A stretch of DNA of 64,000 bases from Gammaproteobacteria bacterium (GTDB taxonomy: Bacteria; Pseudomonadota; Gammaproteobacteria; Steroidobacterales; Steroidobacteraceae). The DNA is taken from contig JANYIY010000210.1 in NCBI GenBank assembly GCA_025358615.1, forward strand, positions 3,927 through 67,926. Reading direction: 5' to 3'. A program made the translations under genes and the position numbers. Below, one piece after another: positions 38,091 to 47,483 of this stretch. Numbering within the stretch: position 1 is the first letter of the stretch; every line of letters begins with the position of its first letter. The notes under the pieces were generated by a model. It worked only from the letters and a program-made list of their open reading frames with translations, was not told the origin of the DNA and did not search any database.

Positions 38091-39862
38091 CGGTCCGAAT
38101 TCTCGCCCCCCGCGCGGCGCAGCTCAGGGAAATCCTCTTCCCAGAATTCATTGATGCGGCGCACGCCCTGCACCACCGGCTGATTTTCCGACAGACGTAA
38201 TTCGACCCGGCGGATCTTTCCGGAGATGGTCTTCGGCAAGTCCGCAAACTCGATGCGCCGAATGCGCTTGAAGGGTGAAACCCTTCCCCGCACGTATTCC
38301 AATATGGCGCGCGCAGTCGCCGCATCGGCCGCCGCGCCCGCGGCCAGCACCACATAGGCCTTGGGTACCGACAGCCGCAGCGGGTCTGGACTCGGGACGA
38401 CGGCGGCTTCGGCGACCGCCGGATGTTCGATCAGCACGCTCTCGAGTTCAAATGGACTGATCCGGTAGTCGGAGGACTTGAACACGTCATCGAGCCTGCC
38501 GACATAGGTCAGATAGCCGTCGGCATCGCGGCTCGCCACATCCCCGGTATGGTAGTAGCCGTCGCGCATGGCATCGGCGGTCTTCTCCGCGTCATCAAGA
38601 TAAGCCTGCATCAGCCCGACGGGGCGCTGGCGCAGATCGAGGCAGATCTCGCCCTCGTCGCCGACACTGCCATCGGCCGCAATCAGTGCAACGGTGTAGC
38701 CGGGCAACGGTCGCCCCATGGAGCCCGCCTTCAATCGCTCGCCCGGCGGATTGCCGATTTGAGCCGTCGTCTCGGTCTGGCCGAAGCCATCGCGGATGGT
38801 CAGGCCCCATGCCTCCCTGACGCGGTCGATGACCTCCGGATTCAGCGGCTCGCCCGCACCCACGACTTCGCGCAGAACCACCGGCCAGCGCCGCAGGTCC
38901 TCTTGAATGAGCATGCGCCACACCGTCGGCGGAGCGCAGAACGTCGTGACGCGACAGCGCACCAATTGATCGAGCAGCGCGGCGGCCTGAAAGCGCTCGA
39001 AGTGATAGGCAAGCACCGTCGCCTCGGAATTCCAAGGCGCAAAGAAGCAGGACCAAGCGTGTTTCGCCCAACCGGGCGAACTCAAGTTCAGATGCACGTC
39101 GCCCGGACGCAGTCCGATCCAATACGCCGTAGACAGATGGCCAACGGGGTAAGACGTATGAGAATGCGCGACCAGTTTGGGTTTCGCCGTGGTTCCCGAG
39201 GTGAAGTACAGCAGCATCAGGGCATCGGCCGGTGTCGGCGCAGGCGCGCGGAACGTGCTCGGCGCTTGATTGCTGTTCTCGAATTCAATCCATCCGGGCG
39301 CCGCCCCGCCGACTACGATGCGGATGGGCGCGCCCGACAATCCGTCGAAATTCTTCGCCAGCGCCCGGTCCGTGACTACGGCAAGCACCCGGCCGCGCGC
39401 CAGCCGATCCTGCAGATCCGCGCGCTGCAGCAGGGTCGTTGCCGGAATCATCACTGCCCCCAGCTTGATGGTCGCCAGCATGGTTTCCCAGAGCGCGACC
39501 ACATTCCCCAGCATGATGAGCACGCGATCGCCCGGCCCCACCCCCTGCGAGGCCAGAAAGTTGGCGACTTGATTCGAACGCCGCGCAAGCTCGGCGAAGC
39601 TCGTGACCCGATCAGCTCCGGCATCGTCGACCACGCGCAACGCCGGCCGGTCATTGCCGGCGGCAATCCGATCAAAATAGTCCAGCGCCCAATTGAAGTG
39701 CTCGATCGCAGGCCAACGAAACGCCTGTGAGGCTTGGGTCTGGGGAATGCCGTCGAGCAGAAGCCGGTCGCGCAATTCGATGAATGTATTGCCGCCGTCC
39801 ACGGAAACACCTCGCTTATGGCTGGAACCGTTGCCGGACATCATGCCAGCGCCGCAACCCAC
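38087..39862 (-). CDS. AMP-dependent acyl-CoA synthetase (medium-chain type)
   Basis: YFTSGTTAKPKLVAHSH, GQTETT, YHTGDVASRDADGYLTYVGRLDDV and GKIRRVELR. The exact start is uncertain (Met 39862 or 39844). Confidence 0.85.
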   Translation of the reverse strand: MGCGAGMMSGNGSSHKRGVSVDGGNTFIELRDRLLLDGIPQTQASQAFRWPAIEHFNWALDYFDRIAAGNDRPALRVVDDAGADRVTSFAELARRSNQVANFLASQGVGPGDRVLIMLGNVVALWETMLATIKLGAVMIPATTLLQRADLQDRLARGRVLAVVTDRALAKNFDGLSGAPIRIVVGGAAPGWIEFENSNQAPSTFRAPAPTPADALMLLYFTSGTTAKPKLVAHSHTSYPVGHLSTAYWIGLRPGDVHLNLSSPGWAKHAWSCFFAPWNSEATVLAYHFERFQAAALLDQLVRCRVTTFCAPPTVWRMLIQEDLRRWPVVLREVVGAGEPLNPEVIDRVREAWGLTIRDGFGQTETTAQIGNPPGERLKAGSMGRPLPGYTVALIAADGSVGDEGEICLDLRQRPVGLMQAYLDDAEKTADAMRDGYYHTGDVASRDADGYLTYVGRLDDVFKSSDYRISPFELESVLIEHPAVAEAAVVPSPDPLRLSVPKAYVVLAAGAAADAATARAILEYVRGRVSPFKRIRRIEFADLPKTISGKIRRVELRLSENQPVVQGVRRINEFWEEDFPELRRAGGENSDR

Positions 39863-39892
39863 GCGAACCCCCTCTTCGAACCAATTGACAAA

Positions 39893-39925
39893 GCGGCGCG
39901 GAGCGCTTTTGCGGTTCGCGCCCGC
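39893..39925 (-). terminator. terminator-like hairpin downstream of the RIO1-like kinase gene
   Basis: Read on the minus strand: GCGGGCGCG-aaccgcaaaagcgctc-CGCGCCGC, followed by TTTG. Confidence 0.35.
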
Positions 39926-39930
39926 AAGAT

Positions 39931-40785
39931 CTATGCGGCGTCGGCCGCTTGGCGCCGCCGCTGCCGAGCCTCAGCCTCGCGTCGTTCTTCTTCAATCTGA
40001 TTCAGCACGGCGTCGACATCCGGCGCGGTGCTGTCGGGAACAAAGCGGCCTGTCAGCAAATGTTCCGGAGTCAGCTCGCCCGCTTCATATAACTTCCAGA
40101 TTTCCCGGGCATACTGCGTCTCGAGCAAGTCAGGTGCGGCTCGGCCGAAGCTCGCGCGCATATTGTTCACGTCGCGCTCCAGCATCGCAAAGGCATTGTT
40201 GTTGCCGGCGGCATTCACTGCCTGCGGCAGATCGATGATAACGGGGCCGGTTGCGTCCAGCAGCACGTTGAACTCCGAGAGGTCGCCGTGAATCAAGCCG
40301 GCGCACAACATGCGGGTGATCTGCCTCATCATGAAAGTGTGCCAGTCGAGCGCCTGCTGTTCAGTGATGTGAACTTCATTGAGCCGCGGCGCGGGATTGC
40401 CTTGTGCATCCCGCACCAACTCCATCAGCAAGACGCCCTCGTGCACCAAGTGCGGCGTGGGGACGCGTACGCCGACGCCGACCAGACGGTACAGCGCGTC
40501 GACCTCGGCGTTCTTCCATTCTGCTTCCTGCACTTCGCGCCCATGCCGACCGCGCTTGCCTTTGGCGCGCGCATCGCGGCTGCTGCGCGTCTTGCGGCCT
40601 TCCTGGTATTGGGCCAGCTTGTGAAAGCCTCGGCGCTCCGCTTCCTTGTAGACCTTGGCACAGCGCAGCTCAGCGTCGCTGGCCACGATGTAAACCGATG
40701 CTTCCTTGCCGCTCTTGAGGCTGCGCACTACCGAGTCGATCATGCCGTCATCGATCAACGGCTGCAGGCCTTTGGGGACTTTCAT
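39931..40785 (-). CDS. RIO1-like atypical serine protein kinase
   Basis: LKSGKEASVYIV (P-loop-like), IHGDLSEFNVLL (catalytic loop) and IIDLPQAV (metal-binding loop). Confidence 0.8.
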   Translation of the reverse strand: MKVPKGLQPLIDDGMIDSVVRSLKSGKEASVYIVASDAELRCAKVYKEAERRGFHKLAQYQEGRKTRSSRDARAKGKRGRHGREVQEAEWKNAEVDALYRLVGVGVRVPTPHLVHEGVLLMELVRDAQGNPAPRLNEVHITEQQALDWHTFMMRQITRMLCAGLIHGDLSEFNVLLDATGPVIIDLPQAVNAAGNNNAFAMLERDVNNMRASFGRAAPDLLETQYAREIWKLYEAGELTPEHLLTGRFVPDSTAPDVDAVLNQIEEERREAEARQRRRQAADAA

Positions 40786-40870
40786 CGTGGCCAGATTAAC
40801 ATCGCGGCCGCGGGGGCGGTTTGGTTGTTTACATTTATACGGATAATCGGCCGCCGCGACTGCGGCGCTC

Positions 40871-40947
40871 CGACTTGGAGCTTAGACTTGGCGCTTAGAC
40901 TTGGCGCTTAGACTTGGCGTGCCGCCTATGCCGCCTATGCCGCCTGT
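40871..40947. repeat. two adjacent tandem repeats: a 13-bp unit (GACTTGGCGCTTA, about 3.7 copies) and a 9-bp unit (TGCCGCCTA, 3 copies)
   Basis: Read directly. The 13-mers are at 40871-40918. The 9-mers are at 40919-40945 and span the stop codon and last codons of the N-acetyltransferase gene. Confidence 0.9.
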
Positions 40948-41831
40948 GCCGGCGATGGCGGCCGCGGCGTCGGTACATCCGGCGGCACCATAGCCGCAAG
41001 CTCCTCATGAATGCCGATTTCTTCAACTAGAAATCGAATTCGCTCACGCACCGGCAGGGGGCTCTGCACGGCGACGCCCGATTCATCGATTTCGATGCGC
41101 TGACCGAATGCCGTGCCGATCACGGAAGTGCCGCGATTCATGCGCACGTGCAGCTCGTAGTTGAACGGGCTCCATCCTCGCGAGTGCTCGTGGCGTTGCC
41201 GAAAAGTCGCGGCCTCAGAGTCGAATTGATCGATGCGACAGTCGATGCCCTCCGGCTTGTGCAACGGCCGCCAGCGGATATGCCATCGCCCATCGTGCAT
41301 GCGGCAAGTAGCATTCCAGGCGGCGGATACGGCGTCAGGTGCGGCGCCGGGCGGGCGTTCGTGGGGCGGCAGCAGCTCGCCAAGGAGCAGCGGTTCATCG
41401 TGCAGGATCGACGCGTCGACCAGGTAACGCCGCCCATCGAATAACACCGTCGTGCTACCGTGGTTTGGCGGTAAATTCGCTGCGACCAGCATGGTGGCAA
41501 CCGCGCGCCGAGCATCGAAACCCAGCGCCGTGAGCAGCGCGCACAGGGCGCCGTTGCCCGACCAGCAGGTGCCGCCGGCACCATAACGAATCCAGCCGTC
41601 GAAGAAATCCCCGGCATCATCACCCGGCAGCACTCCCGGGTCCTGGCGACGCACGTGAATGAGCTTGCTAATATTGTCGAAGGGTACGCGATGACACCAC
41701 GCAGCGTAAACCGCCTGCAGCCCCGCCAATGTCGGCTCGGGGCGGCGGGTTAATTGCAGCTTCGCAAGCACGCGATCGACCAGGTTTTCCGGCAGGTCCA
41801 TTACCTGGCTTCGAACTCCACGTATTGTCAC
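40935..41831 (-). CDS. arylamine N-acetyltransferase
   Basis: VPFDNISKL near the N-terminus, candidate catalytic Cys in GAGGTCWSGNGA, and His/Asp in NHGSTTVLFDGRRYLVDAS. GTG start at 41831. Confidence 0.75.
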   Translation of the reverse strand: MTIRGVRSQVMDLPENLVDRVLAKLQLTRRPEPTLAGLQAVYAAWCHRVPFDNISKLIHVRRQDPGVLPGDDAGDFFDGWIRYGAGGTCWSGNGALCALLTALGFDARRAVATMLVAANLPPNHGSTTVLFDGRRYLVDASILHDEPLLLGELLPPHERPPGAAPDAVSAAWNATCRMHDGRWHIRWRPLHKPEGIDCRIDQFDSEAATFRQRHEHSRGWSPFNYELHVRMNRGTSVIGTAFGQRIEIDESGVAVQSPLPVRERIRFLVEEIGIHEELAAMVPPDVPTPRPPSPAQAA

Positions 41832-42084
41832 GATGTCACTTCTTCTTCATCACCGAGTTCGAGGCTCGCACCATCGAACGCCAGGCGTTCGGCGTTCGCC
41901 AATGTCATGTCGGATAATGTCCGCAGCACTATGACTTCAGGCACGCGGGCATCCTCAACGGATGCGGTGGCGCCATTCGAGCGTCGCACATTGTGTGGAA
42001 ATTCCGTACAACTTGCTTGAACCATGCCATATTATCCATCGGAATGCCTCGGCAAAACACTTCAATCGGCCCGAGATCTCGCGC

Positions 42085-43554
42085 ATGACCACAGGTGAAG
42101 CGCGCGAACTTAAACGCGGGATCGGCACCCGGCAGCTGAGCATGATCGCGATCGGCGGCGCCATCGGCACCGGTCTGTTCTTCGCCAGCGGTACGGCCAT
42201 AGCCCAAGCCGGACCGGGCGGCGCGTTATTTGCCTATGCGATCATGGGTGTGGCGGTGTACTGCATGATGCAGTCGCTGGGCGAAATGGCGACCCAATTG
42301 CCCATTCCCGGTTCCTTCGAAGCCTATGCGGAACGATTCGTCGATCCCTCTTTGGGATTTGCGGTGGGCTGGAATTATTGGTTCAGCTGGGCAATCACCT
42401 TGGCGGCGGAACTGGTGGCAGGCGCGCTCATCGTCCAATTCTGGTTTCCACATTCGAACTCCACGCTATGGGCGATGGGATTCTTTGTCGTGCTGTTGAC
42501 GCTGAATTTACTGTCGGTCAGAGCGTATGCCGAGGCCGAGTACTGGTTTGCAGGGATCAAAGTCGTCACCGTAATCATCTTCCTGGCGGTCGGCGCGCTA
42601 ATGATCACCGGCATGCTCGGCGCTCACAACGCCGGCTTTCATAACTGGACCATGGGCGACCCCAAAACCGGTACCCACGCTCCATTCGTCGGCGGTTTGA
42701 CGGGGGCATTGGCGGTGTTCCTGGTCGCCGGCTTTTCCTTTCAGGGCACCGAAGGAGTCGGCCTCGCCGCCGCGGAGACCGCCGACCCCGGCAAAAGCGT
42801 GCCCAGGGCGATTAGGAGCGTGTTCTGGCGTATCTTGCTGTTCTACATCGGCGCTATCTTCGTTGTCGGTACCTTGATCAGTTACACCGACCCCAACCTG
42901 CTCAATGCCGACGAGAGCCATATCGCCTTCTCGCCTTTCACCATGATCTTTGGGCAGCTGCCGCGGTTTGGGTATTACGCCTCTAATCTCATGAACGCGG
43001 TCATTCTTTCTTCGGTGCTGTCCTGCGGAAACTCATCGATGTATGTGGCCTCGCGAATGCTGCATGCCATGGCCCATAGCCGCAAGGCGCCGCGGCTGTT
43101 CGGCAAACTCAACGGGCGCGGGGTACCTGTGGCCGCGCTCCTAGCCACCGGCATGGTCAGCGCACTGGCCTTCTTCTCCACGATGGTAGGCGAACATAAG
43201 ATCTACCAAGTCTTCTATAACGCCTCGAGCCTGAGCGGGTTTCTGATCTGGCTCGGCATCGCGATCTGCCACTTGCGCTTCCGCAAGGCGTGGGTGGCGC
43301 AGGGGCGAAGTCCGGACGACCTGAAATTCAAATCGAAGTTTTATCCGTACGGTCCGTGGCTCGCGTTGATCTTGTTCTTAGCGGTGCTGTTCGGCGCCAA
43401 CATCGGCGTATTCCAGGCACCGGTATTTTCGTGGTTCGACTTCATCACCGGTTATCTAATGATCCCGGTGTTCGTCATCCTCTATCTGGGCCACAAGTAC
43501 TGGAACAAGACGCGCCTGGTGCCGCTGAAGGAATGCAATTTCGAGCTGGACTGA
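42085..43554 (+). CDS. APC-superfamily amino acid / amine permease
   Basis: The start is placed at MTTGEARELKRGIGTRQLSMIAIGGAIGTGLFFASG (amino-acid permease signature). It has about 12 TM helices. The ORF track extends the frame to 41962. Confidence 0.85.
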   Translation: MTTGEARELKRGIGTRQLSMIAIGGAIGTGLFFASGTAIAQAGPGGALFAYAIMGVAVYCMMQSLGEMATQLPIPGSFEAYAERFVDPSLGFAVGWNYWFSWAITLAAELVAGALIVQFWFPHSNSTLWAMGFFVVLLTLNLLSVRAYAEAEYWFAGIKVVTVIIFLAVGALMITGMLGAHNAGFHNWTMGDPKTGTHAPFVGGLTGALAVFLVAGFSFQGTEGVGLAAAETADPGKSVPRAIRSVFWRILLFYIGAIFVVGTLISYTDPNLLNADESHIAFSPFTMIFGQLPRFGYYASNLMNAVILSSVLSCGNSSMYVASRMLHAMAHSRKAPRLFGKLNGRGVPVAALLATGMVSALAFFSTMVGEHKIYQVFYNASSLSGFLIWLGIAICHLRFRKAWVAQGRSPDDLKFKSKFYPYGPWLALILFLAVLFGANIGVFQAPVFSWFDFITGYLMIPVFVILYLGHKYWNKTRLVPLKECNFELD

Positions 43555-44913
43555 GTGCACGTGAAGCAGAACCTCGAAATCCGTAATTTCCTGATCGAGC
43601 GCGGCATCGAGCACGTCAAGATCGGCGTCTTCGATACCGATGGAATTCTGCGCGGCAAGTATCTGAGCCGCGATAAGTTCCTGGCGGCCGTAGACAAGAA
43701 TTTGGGGTTCTGCGACGTGATTCTCGGCTGGGATTCGAATGACCAGCTGTATGACAACACCACGTTCACCGGCTGGCACACGGCCTATCCCGACGCTACG
43801 GTACGAGTCCTTGCCGATACCCAGCGTGACATTCCCTTCGAACCCAAGACCGTATTCTTTCTGGGCGAGTTTGTCGGGACCGCCGAAGCAGTCTGTCCGC
43901 GCGGCACACTGCGGCGCGTGCTGGAGCGGGCGGCGGGCATGGGGTTTCTCGTCAATGCCGCCGCCGAATATGAATTCTTCATGTTCGAGGAGACGCCGCA
44001 ATCCATCCGCGAGAAAGGCTACCGGTCGCTCAAGACCATGACGCCGGGCGCCTTCGGCTATTCGGTGCTGCGCAGTTCCGTGCACTCGGATTTGTACCAC
44101 GAGCTTTTGGATCTCGGACAAACCATGCGCTTCCCCATCGAGGGTCTGCACACCGAGACGGGGCCGGGTGTGCTCGAAGCAGCGCTCACCTACTGCGATG
44201 CGCTGGAGGCCGCCGACCGCGCAGCGCTTTTCAAGACTTTTACCAAGGTACTCGCGCAACGTCACGGCCTGATGGCGACCTTCATGGCCAAGTGGTCCAA
44301 CAGTGTTCCCGGTCAGAGCGGTCATCTGCACATCTCGCTGCGCACTCCCGGCGGTGACAGCGTGTTTCACGATCCCTCGAAGCCAAACGAGATGTCGGAC
44401 GCCATGCGCTGGTTCGTCGGCGGCCAGCAGGCGCTGATGCCGGAGCTACTCGCCATGGTGGCCTGCACTGTGAATAGCTACTCACGACTGGTGCCGGGCT
44501 ACTGGGCGCCGACGTCGGCGACCTGGGGAATCGAGAACCGCACGACCGCGCTGCGCGTGATTCGCGGCGGCCCTGCGAGTCAGCGTGTCGAATACCGTAT
44601 CGCTGCCGCGGACATCAATCCCTATATCGCCCTGTCGGCGGCGATCGGCGCGGGTCTGTGGGGCATCGAACATCGCATCGAGCCGGACGCACCCATTGTG
44701 GGAAACGCCTACGACCGTGAACATCCGCCCCAGCGGCGGCTGCCCGCGACGCTGTACGAGGCTGCCGAACGCCTCGCCGCATCCAAACCCGCACGCAGTT
44801 TGTTTGGCGATGCCTTTGTCGAGCACTATGCCGCAACCCGTCAATGGGAAGAGCGGGAATTCCGCAAGGCCATCACCGACTGGGAACTTGCGCGCTATTT
44901 CGAAATCATTTGA
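43555..44913 (+). CDS. glutamine-synthetase-family gamma-glutamyl-amine ligase (PuuA / IpuC / GlnA3-4-like)
   Basis: GTG start immediately after the permease stop. GS-fold motifs present: EYEFFMFEE, HTETGPGVLEAAL, MAKWSNSVPGQSGHLHISL and VEYRIAAADINPY. Confidence 0.75.
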   Translation: MHVKQNLEIRNFLIERGIEHVKIGVFDTDGILRGKYLSRDKFLAAVDKNLGFCDVILGWDSNDQLYDNTTFTGWHTAYPDATVRVLADTQRDIPFEPKTVFFLGEFVGTAEAVCPRGTLRRVLERAAGMGFLVNAAAEYEFFMFEETPQSIREKGYRSLKTMTPGAFGYSVLRSSVHSDLYHELLDLGQTMRFPIEGLHTETGPGVLEAALTYCDALEAADRAALFKTFTKVLAQRHGLMATFMAKWSNSVPGQSGHLHISLRTPGGDSVFHDPSKPNEMSDAMRWFVGGQQALMPELLAMVACTVNSYSRLVPGYWAPTSATWGIENRTTALRVIRGGPASQRVEYRIAAADINPYIALSAAIGAGLWGIEHRIEPDAPIVGNAYDREHPPQRRLPATLYEAAERLAASKPARSLFGDAFVEHYAATRQWEEREFRKAITDWELARYFEII

Positions 44914-44919
44914 GCGAGC

Positions 44920-46311
44920 ATGACCGAGACACTGAAGACCATTAGTCCCGTCGACGGCCGTATCTACGTCGAGCGGCCGCTGCAAACCGCTGCCGCCATT
45001 GATCGCGCGCTTGATCTGTCCCAAGCCGCCCAGCCGGCATGGGCGGCACTGCCTCTGGCAATGCGCTGCGGCATTCTGGGGAAGGCCGTCGATGCCTTCG
45101 TCGCCAAGGCTACCGACATCGCCGCCGAAATTACCTGGCAGATGGGTCGTCCCATTGGACACGCACCCGGCGAGGTGCGCGGCTTCGAAGAACGCGCGCG
45201 CTATATGCTCAATGTGGCGCCGGAGGCCCTCGCCCCCGTGCTGCCGGACGACAAGCCAGGCTTCCGGCGCCAAATCAAGCGCGTACCGCTTGGGCTAGTG
45301 GCCGTCGTTGCGCCCTGGAATTATCCCTATCTGACCGCCGTCAATGCCGTGCTGCCCGCGCTCATCGCCGGCAACGCGGTAATTCTCAAGCATTCGCATC
45401 AAACGCCGCTGTGCGCCGAACGTTTTCTCGAGGCATTCGCGAGCGCGGGTGTGCCGCGCGGCGTGTTCCAGTATCTGCATCTGTCGCACGCCGACACTGC
45501 GCGCCTGATGAGCGACCGGCGCATCGCTAGCGTCTGCTTCACCGGCTCCGTTGCCGGCGGACACGCCGTCGTCGCGGCCACCGCTGCAGGCTTTGCCACC
45601 TCCGGCCTCGAACTCGGCGGCAAGGATCCTGCCTACGTGCGCACCGATGCCAACCTCGCGCACGCCATCGACACGCTCACCGATGGTGCCTTCTTCAATG
45701 CCGGGCAGTCCTGCTGCGGCATTAAACGGATCTACGTCGCCGCGCCGCGTTACGAGGAGTTCGTCGCCGGCGTCGTCGAACTCACGAACAAGTATCGTCT
45801 GGGAAACCCGCTCGATTCTGAAATCACCTTGGGGCCGGTGGTGCGATCCGCGGCGGCCGACGCCGTGCGTGCCCAAGTGCGCGACGCCGTCGCTCGGGGA
45901 GCCCGCCAGCTGATTGACGAGGCATCTTTCCCCGCCTCATCGCCGGGCACTCCGTATCTCGCGCCGCAAGTGCTCGTCGATGTCGACCATTCGATGTCCA
46001 TCATGCGCCAAGAAACCTTTGGGCCCGCCGTCGGCATTATGTCGGTAAGCTCCGACGACGAAGCCATACGCTTGATGAATGACAGCGAGTTTGGGCTCAC
46101 GGCCGCAATCTTCTCGACGGACGCGGCGCGCGCCGAAGCCCTCGGCGATGCCCTGCAGACGGGCACGGTATTCCTCAACCGTTGCGACTATCTTGATCCC
46201 GCTCTCGCTTGGACCGGCGTCAAGAATTCGGGGCGCGGCCACACCCTGTCGCGAGTGGGCTTCGAGCAGCTGACGCGGCCGAAGTCCTATCATTTCAAGG
46301 TAACGTCATGA
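44920..46311 (+). CDS. aldehyde dehydrogenase family protein
   Basis: GLELGGKDPAYV and FFNAGQSCCGIKR motifs. Confidence 0.85.
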   Translation: MTETLKTISPVDGRIYVERPLQTAAAIDRALDLSQAAQPAWAALPLAMRCGILGKAVDAFVAKATDIAAEITWQMGRPIGHAPGEVRGFEERARYMLNVAPEALAPVLPDDKPGFRRQIKRVPLGLVAVVAPWNYPYLTAVNAVLPALIAGNAVILKHSHQTPLCAERFLEAFASAGVPRGVFQYLHLSHADTARLMSDRRIASVCFTGSVAGGHAVVAATAAGFATSGLELGGKDPAYVRTDANLAHAIDTLTDGAFFNAGQSCCGIKRIYVAAPRYEEFVAGVVELTNKYRLGNPLDSEITLGPVVRSAAADAVRAQVRDAVARGARQLIDEASFPASSPGTPYLAPQVLVDVDHSMSIMRQETFGPAVGIMSVSSDDEAIRLMNDSEFGLTAAIFSTDAARAEALGDALQTGTVFLNRCDYLDPALAWTGVKNSGRGHTLSRVGFEQLTRPKSYHFKVTS

Positions 46312-47483
46312 GTGTGAATCTTCGCGGCAACTGGAATTATCCAACGACGATCTGGGCCGGCCCCGGCCGGATCGCCGAGCTCGCCAAGGCCTGTGCGTCG
46401 GCCGGCATTAGAAGGCCGCTGATTGTCACCGACGCGGGACTAATCGGCGCGCCCATGATCAAAAGCGCGTTGGCGGACCTGAAGGATTCGGCTCTGTTCG
46501 GGGCCGTCAGGGGAAATCCCGCACTGAGCCACGTCGAGGCGGGACTGCATGCGTATCGCACCGGCACCCACGACGGCGTCGTGGCCTTCGGCGGTGGCTC
46601 GGCTCTCGACGCCGGCAAGGTTGTAGCCTTCATGTCCGGCCAGACGCGGCCGCTGTGGGATTTTGAGGACGTCGGCGACTGGTGGACCCGAGCGGATCCC
46701 GCCGGCATCGCGCCGGTGGTCGCGGTCCCGACCACCGCGGGTACCGGTTCGGAAGTCGGCCGCGCCGGCGTCATCCTCAACGAGGAGACGCATCAGAAAA
46801 AGATCATTTTCCATCCGCAGATGATGCCGCGCGTCGTCATCTCCGATCCGGAGCTGACCGTAGGCCTCCCTCCCGGTGTCACTGCGGCGACCGGGATCGA
46901 CGCCTTCGTCCACTGTTTCGAAGCGTACTGCGCGCCGGGATTTCATCCGCTGGCGGACGGTATTGCACTCGAGGGCATGCGCCTCATTCACCGCTACCTG
47001 CCGCGGGCCTATGCGGACGGCAAGGACATCGAAGCGCGCTCCTATATGTTGGCCGCCGCATCGATGGGCGCTACCGCATTTCAGAAGGGCCTCGGCGGCG
47101 TGCATGCCATCGCACACCCTGTAGGTTCGTGGTTCAACACCCATCACGGATTGACGAACGCGGTCATTCTTCCCTACGTCATGGTGTTCAACCGCTCCGC
47201 GATTGCCGACAAGGCCGACGTGATCGCGCGCGTACTCGACCTGCCCGCGCACGGCTTCGACGGCCTCTTTGCCTCGGTGCTCAAGATGCGAGAGCAGCTC
47301 GGCATTCCGCACTCCTTGGCGGAAATTGGGGTAAGCGCCGACAACGCCGGCGTCATCGGCCGCGAAGCGGCAATCGATCCTTCTGCGGGCGGCAATCCTA
47401 TTTCGGTCGACGCTGCGCAGCTGGAAAAGATCTTTCGTGCGGCAGTCGGCGGACGCTTAGGCGCGGTGGGCGCACCTGCGTGA
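46308..47483 (+). CDS. iron-containing (group III) alcohol dehydrogenase
   Basis: The start at MSVNLRGNWNYP forms ATGA with the ALDH stop. Motifs: VAFGGGSALDAGK, and metal ligands in AFVHCFEAY and GGVHAIAHPVG. Confidence 0.85.
   Translation: MSVNLRGNWNYPTTIWAGPGRIAELAKACASAGIRRPLIVTDAGLIGAPMIKSALADLKDSALFGAVRGNPALSHVEAGLHAYRTGTHDGVVAFGGGSALDAGKVVAFMSGQTRPLWDFEDVGDWWTRADPAGIAPVVAVPTTAGTGSEVGRAGVILNEETHQKKIIFHPQMMPRVVISDPELTVGLPPGVTAATGIDAFVHCFEAYCAPGFHPLADGIALEGMRLIHRYLPRAYADGKDIEARSYMLAAASMGATAFQKGLGGVHAIAHPVGSWFNTHHGLTNAVILPYVMVFNRSAIADKADVIARVLDLPAHGFDGLFASVLKMREQLGIPHSLAEIGVSADNAGVIGREAAIDPSAGGNPISVDAAQLEKIFRAAVGGRLGAVGAPA

Noticed and set aside
40871-40947. Tandem repeats as a possible CRISPR array
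   Set aside because: The units are 13 bp and 9 bp and are contiguous with no spacers. There are no cas genes in the window. They are simple tandem repeats.
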